Source of the DNA: Squalus acanthias
Taxonomy: Eukaryota
Assembly: GCA_030390025.1 (NCBI GenBank)
Contig: JASTWF010000337.1
Coordinates: 124,001-187,558 of the forward strand
DNA length: 63,558 nt
Reading direction: 5' to 3'
A model generated the notes under the pieces. That model saw only the letters and a program-made list of their open reading frames with translations, made no database searches and was not told where the DNA came from. Positions 55,901-63,558 of the stretch are shown here, one piece after another (positions within the stretch are counted from its first letter, which is position 1; each line of letters begins with the position of its first letter). A program made the translations under genes and the position numbers.

Positions 55901-56779
55901 CTCAAAGGCCTTCATTTACCATCTGAGTCCTTACAAGCATCTAGCAGCACTGCCTGCACACTTAAAAAACTTTTCACATCTATTGCAGCAAGCCATTACT
56001 TCAATAAAATCAAAAAAGCCCACGCCAAACCCTTAAATTCAAACTTACCTGAATGATGTGTGTGTCCCTTTAAGAGCTGTTGACATCGCCACTGTCAGCA
56101 TCTGTCAACCTGGCGTGCTGAGGACCCAGCGCTGAATTCAGTGCCAGGGTCGAAGTTCGCGTTGGTGACTTTAAGTCGGCGTTGCACGCCGATTGACGTC
56201 ACCACGCCACCATTTTTTTTTCACAGGGCGATGCCAGTTACCGGCAGTGCAAAGGGGGCAGACAAAAATGGCGACCGCCGCGGGACCCGCCACCAGCTGG
56301 CCGCCATTTTATTGCCATTTCGTGGCGCTACAGTGTGCCGGTGAGTAGATGAATCTCTAGCCCATGGACTCTAACCAATGGACTTGAACTGACATCCAGC
56401 TGCCGAGCTCCTGGTGCTCCAATAACTCAATAGGCTCACAACAAAAGAGAAAAATCAGAGAGAAATACCAAATGCATAAATCGGACTAACTCAAGGAAAG
56501 AATGAAAAATTGTTAATTGAGAAAGATCCAGCAAAATTATAAAATAATAGTAAAATAATGATTTTTTTTTTAAAATGTGTCATTTCAGAACTAATCCCAC
56601 TGCCCTGTTTTCTCCCCAGAGCCCTGAATAAATCCCAAATTAAACCAGAAACATTCCGATCTAGGAAGCCGCTTTGGATCCTAAAGAGCGCTCCCCACTG
56701 GACCTTTAATCCAGTCTATCTTGGGATCATTAAAGTCATCCAGTATTAAGTGCTGCTTTCCTTATATATCTCTCTGAGC

Positions 56780-57545
56780 TTTTTTTTTATTCGTTCATGG
56801 GATGTGGGCGTCGCTGACAAGACCAGCATTTATTGCTCATCTCTAATTGGCCTTGAGAAGGTGGTGGTGAGCTGCCTTGGAATCTTCGAATCATAGAAAT
56901 TTACAGCACAGAAGGAGGCCATTCGGCCCATCGTGTCTGTGCTGGCCGACAAAGAGCTCTCCACCCTAATCCCACTTTCCAGCTCTTGGTCCGTAGCCTT
57001 GTAGGTTACAGCAGTGCATATCCAAGTACTTTTTAAATGTGGTTAGGGTTCCTGCCTCTACCACCCTTTCAGGCAGTGAGTTCCAGACCCCCACCACCCT
57101 CTGGGTGAAAAAATTTCTCCTCAACTCCCGTCTAATCCTCCAACCAATTACTTTAAATCTGTGTCCCCTGGTTATTGACCCCTCTGCTAAGGGAAATAGG
57201 TCCTTCCTATCCACTCTATCTAGGCCCCTCATAATTTTATACACCTCAATCAAGTCACCCCTCAGCCTCCTCTGTTCCAAAGAAAACCACCCCAGCCTAT
57301 CCAATCTTTCCTTATAGCTAAAACTCCCCAGCCTAGGCAACATCCTCATACATCTCCGCTGTACCCCCTCTTCTAGAACTGCTGCAGTCCGTGTGGTGAA
57401 GGTGCTCCCACAGTGCTGTTAGGCAGGGAGTTCCAGGATTTTGACCCAGCAACGATGAAGGATCGGCGATATATTTCCAAGTCAGGATGGTGTGTGACTT
57501 GGAGGGGAGCTTGGAGGTGGTGGTGTTCCCATGCGCCGGCTGTCC
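56780..57545 (-). mobile_element. 3' end of a second LINE family (CR1/L2-like, A-rich tail), split by a nested CR1
   Basis: T-run at 56780-56788; minus strand encodes SFIVAGSKSWNSLPNSTVGAPSPHGLQQF; halves join at gagctgcctt|ctagaactgctgcagtcc. Confidence 0.75.
56880..57370 (-). mobile_element. CR1 (HER1-like tail) 3' fragment nested in another LINE
   Basis: RMLPRLGSFSYKERLDRLGWFSLEQRRLRGDLIEVYKIMRG...RNFFTQRVVGVWNSLP; tail gatgggccgaatggcctccttctgtgctgtaaatttctatgattc. Confidence 0.93.
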
Positions 57546-58392
57546 ACGGATCTCTGCCTCTTTCACACCTTCACCGTTTGGCTTGTAATGCAGAACCTGA
57601 ATTATCCCATGATGCCTTCCTACCCTTTAGCTCATATGGATTCTATCTTAACCTTCGTATGTTTTAGCACTGTGATAGAATCCTAGCTATATATCCTACC
57701 CCTTAGTTATTAATGCTTCTAACTTTCCAATGTTGTTTGAAAGCTTTGGCTAATCACATACACACCACGCAACCCTGACTGCAATTTTCTATTGTTAATT
57801 TTATTTTTCCTTTTTGTTAATTTAGCTATTTGGTTTTCCTTACCCCTCTACAGCAAGGGTTCTCATCTCGCTCTTCCTCAATGCCTCTTTCTTTCTCTTT
57901 CTCCCCGGATATTATTTTTAACTATTTATTTCAACTAAATCTTCTGCTTCCCTTCCAACAGTTTTATTAATATTACTTCCCTCTCTATTCACAAGGTTAG
58001 ACTTTGCCCATTCCTTCCTTAGTTAAACCAGAGCATGAAAATACTGAAAGAAAAGGGGAAATGAAAGTGGTGTTAACAATACTAACGCTTTCTGCAGCCC
58101 AGGGAGCAACAAACTCTCTAATTGCAAGATACAGAGAGCGAGAGCTTTCGCCAGTTTTATCAGTGCAATCCAGGTGAAATTGGCTGAACCAGCGCAAAAG
58201 ATCGCGGAAACTCCAGCTTGGTTACATCGAGCGTAAAGCGAGTTTCCCCGATCTGTAACGCAGCTTAACAATCATTTTGCCCGAAGCAGGCCCCACCCCC
58301 AGAACTGGCCACACCCCCAGATAGAAATCACCAGCACAGTGCGTTTCCGCAGATTGTGCCCGTTTGTGGGCCTTCGAGGAGGCTCCTCAAAT

Positions 58393-61300
58393 TGAGTTTG
58401 GGACAGGTGAGTGTGGGACAGGTAAGTGTGGGACAGGTGTGTTTGGGACAGGTGAGTGTGGGACAGGTGGGTTTGGGACAGGTGTGTTTGGGACAGGTGA
58501 GTGTGGGACAGGTGAGTGTGGGACAGGTGTGTTTGAGACAGGTGTGTTTGGGACAGGTGAGTGTGGGACAGGTGTGTTTGGACAGGTGTGTTTGGGACAG
58601 GTGTGCTTGGGACAGGTGTGTTTGGGACAGGTGTGTTTGGGACAGGTGAGTGTGGGACAGGTGAGTGTGGGACAGGTGGGTTTGGGACAGGTGGGTTTGG
58701 GACAGGTGAGTGTGGGACAGGTGTGTTTGGGACAGGTGTGTTTGGCACAGGTGAGTGTGGGACAGGTGTGTTTGGACAGGTGTGTTTGGGACAGGTGTGC
58801 TTGGGACAGGTGTGTTTGGGACAGGTGAGTGTGGGACAGGTGTGTTTGGGACAGGTGTGTTTGGGACAGGTGAGTGTGGGACAGGTGTGTTTGGGACAGG
58901 TCTGTTTGGGACAGGTGTGTTTGGGACAGGTGAGTGTGGGACAGGTGTGTTTGGGACAGGTGTGTTTGGGACAGGTGTGTTTGGGACAGGTGTGTTTGGG
59001 ACAGGTGAGTGTGGGACGGGTGAATGTGGGACAGGTGTGTTTGGACAGGTGAGTGTGGGACAAGTGTGTTTTGGACAGGTGTGTTTGGACAGGTGTGTTT
59101 GGGATTGGTGTCATTGGGACTGGTGTCATTGGGACTGGTGTGATTTGACAGGTGTGTTTGGACAGCTGTGTTTAGACAGGTGAGTTTGGACAGCTGTGTT
59201 TAGACAGCTGAGTGTCAAACAGGTGTGTTTGGGACAGATGTGTTTGGAATAGGTGTGTTTGGGCCAGTGTGTTTGAGACAGGTGAGTGTGAGATGGGTGT
59301 GTTTGGGACAGGTGTGTTTGTGACAGGTGTGTTTGTGACAGGTGTGTGAGGGACAGGTGAGTGTGGGACAAGTGTGTTTTGGACAGTTGTATTTGGGACA
59401 GGTGAGTGTGGGACAGGTGTGTTTGGACAGGTGTATTTGGGACAGGTGAGTGTGGGACAGGTGTGTTTGGACAGGTGTGTTTTGAACAGGTGAGTATGGG
59501 ACAGGTGTGTTTGGACAGGTGTGTTTGGACAGGTGGGTTTGGACAGGTGTGTTTGGACAGGTGTGTTTGGGACTGGTCTCATTGGGACTGGTGTCATTGG
59601 GACTGGTGTGGTTTGGACAGGTGGGTTTGGACAGGTGTGTTTTGGACAAGTGTGCTTGGGACAGGTGTGCTTTGGACAGGTGCGTTTGGGACAGGTGAGT
59701 GTGAGACAGGTGTGTATGGGACTGGTGTGTTTGGAACAGGTGGGTTGGGGACAGGTATGTTTGGAACAGGTGGGTTGGGGACAGGGGTGTTTGGAACAGG
59801 TGGGTTGGGGACAGGTATGTTTGGAACAGGTGGGTTGGGGACAGGGGTGTTTGGGGCAGGTGTGTTTGGCATAGTTGTGATTGGGACAGGTGGACTTGGA
59901 AAAGGTGTGTTTGGGAAAGGTGTGTTTGGCACAGGTGAGTGTGAGACAGATGAGTGTGAGACAGGTGTGTATGGGACTGGTGTGTTTGGAACAGGTGGGT
60001 TGGGGACAGGTATGTTTGGAACAGGTGGGTTGGGGACAGGGGTGTTTGGAACAGGTGGGTTGGGGACAGGTATGTTTGGAACAGGTGGGTTGGGGACAGG
60101 GGTGTTTGGGGCAGGTGTGTTTGGCATAGTTGTGATTGGGACAGGTGGACTTGGCAAAGGTGTGTTTGGGAAAGGTGCGTTTGGGACAGGTGAGTGTGAG
60201 ACAGATGAGTGTGAGACAGGTGTGTATGGGACTGGTGTGTTTGGAACAGGTGGGTTGGGGACAGGTATGTTTGGAACAGGTGGGTTGGGGACAGGGGTGT
60301 TTGGAACAGGTGGGTTGGGGACAGGTATGTTTGGAACAGGTGGGTTGGGGACAGGGGTGTTTGGGGCAGGTGTGTTTGGCATAGTTGTGATTGGGACAGG
60401 TGGACTTGGAAAAGGTGTGTTTGGGAAAGGTGTGTTTGGCACAGGTGAGTGTGAGACAGGTGTGTTTGGGACAGGTGTGCTTGGGACAGCTGTGCTTGGG
60501 ACAGGTGTGTTTGGGACAGGTGGGTTTGGGACAGGTGTGCTTGGGACAGCTGTGCTTGGGACAGGTGTGTTTGGGACAGGTCTGTTTGGGACAGGTCTGT
60601 TTGGGACAGGTGTGTTTGGGACAGGTGTGTTTGGGACAGGTGTGTTTGGGACAGGTGTGTTTGGGACAGGTGGGTTTGCGACAGGTGTGTTTGGGACAGG
60701 TGGGTTTGGGACAGGTGGGTTTGGGACAGGTGTGATTAGGACAGGTTTGTTTGGGACAGGTGAGTGTGGGACAGGTGTGTTTGGGACAGGTGTGTTTGGG
60801 ACAGGTGTGTTTGGGACAGGTTTGTTTGGGACAGGTGTGTTTGGGACAGGTGTGCTTTGGACAGGTTTGTTTGGGACAGGTGTGTTTGGGACAGGTGTGT
60901 TTGGGACAGGTATGTTTGGAACAGGTGGGTTGGGGACAGGGGTGTTTGGGGCAGGTGTGTTTGGCATAGTTGTGATTGGGACAGGTGGACTTGGAAAAGG
61001 TGTGTTTGGGAAAGGTGTGTTTGGCACAGGTGAGTGTGAGACAGGTGTGTTTGGGACAGGTGTGCTTGGGACAGCTGTGCTTGGGACAGGTGTGTTTGGG
61101 ACAGGTGGGTTTGGGACAGGTCTGTTTGGGACAGGTGTGTTTGGGACAGGTGTGTTTGGGACAGGTGGGTTTGCGACAGGTGTGTTTGGGACAGGTGGGT
61201 TTGGGACAGGTGGGTTTGGGACAGGTGAGTGTGGGACAGGTGGGTTTGGGACAGGTGGGTTTGGGACAGGTGTGTTTGGGACAGGTTTGTTTGGGACAGG

Positions 61301-62292
61301 TGAGTGTGGGACAGGTGTGTTTGGGACAGGTGGGTTTGGAACAGGTGTGTTTGGGACAGGTGTGTTTGGGACAGGTGTGTTTGGGACAGGTGTGTTTGGG
61401 ACAGGTTTGTTTGGGACAGGTGTGTTTGGGACAGGTATGTTTGGAACAGGTGGGTTGGGGACAGGGGTGTTTGGGGCAGGTGTGTTTGGCATAGTTGTGA
61501 TTGGGACAGGTGGACTTGGAAAAGGTGTGTTTGGGAAAGGTGTGTTTGGCACAGGTGAGTGTGAGACAGGTGTGTTTGGGACAGGTGTGCTTGGGACAGC
61601 TGTGCTTGGGACAGGTGGGTTTGGGACAGGTGTGTTTGGGACAGGTGTGTTTGGGACAGGTGGGTTTGGGAAAGGTGTGTTTGGGACAGGTGGATTTGGG
61701 AAAGTTGTGTTTGGGACAGGTGTGTTTGGGACAGGTGTGTTTGGACAGGTGTGTTTGGGACAGGTTTGTTGGGACAGGTGTGTTTGGGACAGGTGCGTTT
61801 GGGACAGGTGCGTTTGGGACAGGTGTGTTTGGACAGGTGTGTTTGGGACAGGTTTGTTTGGGACAGGTGTGTTTGGGACAGGTGTGTTTGGGACAGGTTT
61901 GTTTGGGACAGGTGTGTTTGGGACAGGTTTGTTTGGGACAGGTGTGTTTGGACAGGTGTGTTTGGGACAGGTGTGTTTGGGACAGGTTTGTTTGGGACAG
62001 GTGTGTTTGGGACAGGTTTGTTTGGGACAGGTGGGTTTGGGACAGGTTTGTTTGGGACAGATGTGTTTGGGACAGGTTTGTTTGGGACAGGTGTGTTTGG
62101 GACAGGTTTGTTTGGGACAGGTGTGTTTGGGACAGGTTTGTTTGGGACAGGTGTGTTTGGGACAGGTGTGTTTGGGACAGGTTTGTTTGGGACAGGTGTG
62201 TTTGGACAGGTGTGTTTGGGACAGGTGTGTTTGGGACAGGTTTGTTTGGGACAGGTGTGTTTGGGACAGGTTTGTTAGGGACAGGTGTGTTG
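58393..62292. repeat. 15-bp G-rich minisatellite (gggacaggtgtgttt), ~260 units, with a 255-bp higher-order repeat
   Basis: 3.9-kb array; marker ggcatagttgtgattggg at 59868, 60123, 60378, 60963 and 61488. Confidence 0.97.
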
Positions 62293-63214
62293 AGAGCTGT
62301 TTCTCTGTTTCAGTTACTGACCCTTATCTTTTTGAAACTGCTGTCATCAGCTTCCACCTCAAAAATAAATTGTTAACATTTCTGTCCTCTCCAACTGCCA
62401 CCCCATCTCCAACCTTCCTTTTCTCGCCATGTTTTGCTGCGTGCCAGATTCCTCTCTCCAAATTCCCTGTTTGGTTCCCTCCAGCCTTGCTTTCAGCTGA
62501 CTCACAGCAGCAAATCCTCCTCCTCCAACCTCGCACCTCCATCACCCAGCTCCACCGAGTGCCCGTGATTGCTGCCACTCCTGTGGATCCTCCTGTAACG
62601 GCTTCTCTTCCCACATCGGCACCTCTGCAATCCACAGGATCTTTACTTGGCCTCTCATTTCCCCCATGAACACGCAGGCTTTCGGCCCTTATTTGCATAT
62701 TCGGCCCAATTTCTAGGTTACTATTTCAAAGCCTCTTTCTCCTCTGATATATTTGCTCACTATCTGTTTCAGCTCATTGTTCTGCTTCTCCGCCGACATT
62801 GAGGAGCAACAGCTGGGCCCCTTCGCTCTGCAGGCCAGTGGGACTGACAGAGTTGCCCTCCATCTGATAAGATCAGCTGAATTAGTTGCCAGAATCACAC
62901 ACGGTGTAGGTGGACAAGTACTCCCTGAAATCTATAAAACAAAGGGCAGCAAGACATGAAAGTTTCAGAAAGATAAGCCCATTTTATAGGATTGAGTGCT
63001 CGCTGTGGCCAGACCATAATTACATAAAGGCGGCCCATCAGGGCAGGAGCGACCGTGGGCAGCCCTCAGGACAGCTCCTCCTGGCTCCACATGAAGGGTT
63101 GTTACACCAGGAAACCCTCCCCGGTTAGGGCCCATGTAGCCTGGAGCAGGCCCAGCTCCCACTCCCACTCCCACAACACTCAGGGTGCTCGGTGTTTCGG
63201 CAGCGCTTGATTCC

Positions 63215-63558
63215 ATCTCCCTCTCCCTCTGTATTTCTCTCTCTATTTCTTTTGCTCTCTGTCTCTCAGCCTGTTTCGCTCTCTCTGTCCTGTCTCTCAA
63301 AGTCTGGCTCCACCTGCACTTTCTGTCTTTCTCTTTCTCAATCTCTCTTTCTCCTTTGTCTCTTTTCTCCCCATTTCTCTTTCTGTCTGTTTCCCTCTCT
63401 TTATCTCTCTCTGTGCCTCAATTTGTTCATGCTGCTGTCTTTCTCAGTTGGTCTCTCTCTGTCTCAGTCGGTCTTGCTCTTCTCTGTCTCTCTCTCACTC
63501 GTCCTTTCTGTTTTTTTCTCTGTAAACATAGACAGAGACAGAGAGATGGAGACAGAGA
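63215..63558. repeat. Degenerate CT-rich low-complexity tract, switching to GA-rich at the window end
   Basis: ctctctgtct-like degenerate sequence to ~63520, then gacagagacagagag. Confidence 0.7.

Larger units (their letters stand above)
53035..56363. mobile_element. Decayed PIF/Harbinger DNA transposon with nested insertions (ends tentative)
   Basis: Myb/SANT-like remnant (+) converging on a transposase C-terminus (-); weak TIRs (aaaattcatgttcaccagca vs revcomp gagattcatctactcaccggca); ccatg at both ends; mirrored ttaaaggg (~53288) and ccctttaa (~56066). Confidence 0.55.

Noticed and set aside
59406..62669. 1087-aa (GTGVF)n protein resembling FG-repeat or structural proteins
   Set aside because: Minisatellite translation; the repeat phase shifts at 14-bp units, the antisense strand is also open, and there is no credible start or splice context.

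Overview
Eukaryotic, repeat-dominated window, most likely from a cartilaginous fish (inferred from the CR1/HER1-like LINE tails and a Deu-type SINE tail). I find no intact protein-coding gene, RNA gene or CRISPR array. About 75% is tandem DNA: compound microsatellite-derived satellites (1-24600, 25785-27085, 27672-44940, 45175-47886) with kb-scale higher-order periods, and three minisatellites (15, 34 and 15 bp). All giant ORFs in the track are low-complexity artefacts. The islands between arrays hold nested mobile elements. (1) One PIF/Harbinger transposase pseudogene can be rebuilt from four pieces separated by a CR1 insertion, an 86-bp insertion with a 15-bp target-site duplication (TSD), and a ~3.1-kb inversion with CGCTA present at both breakpoints. 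(2) A 246-bp solo LTR with an ACTT TSD sits inside a CR1. (3) A Harbinger-type MITE has a CTG TSD. (4) A second decayed Harbinger carries a Myb/SANT-like gene. There is also a speculative K50-homeodomain/Maf motif cluster. Family names come from motif recall, not database searches. I see no evidence for a new coding system.
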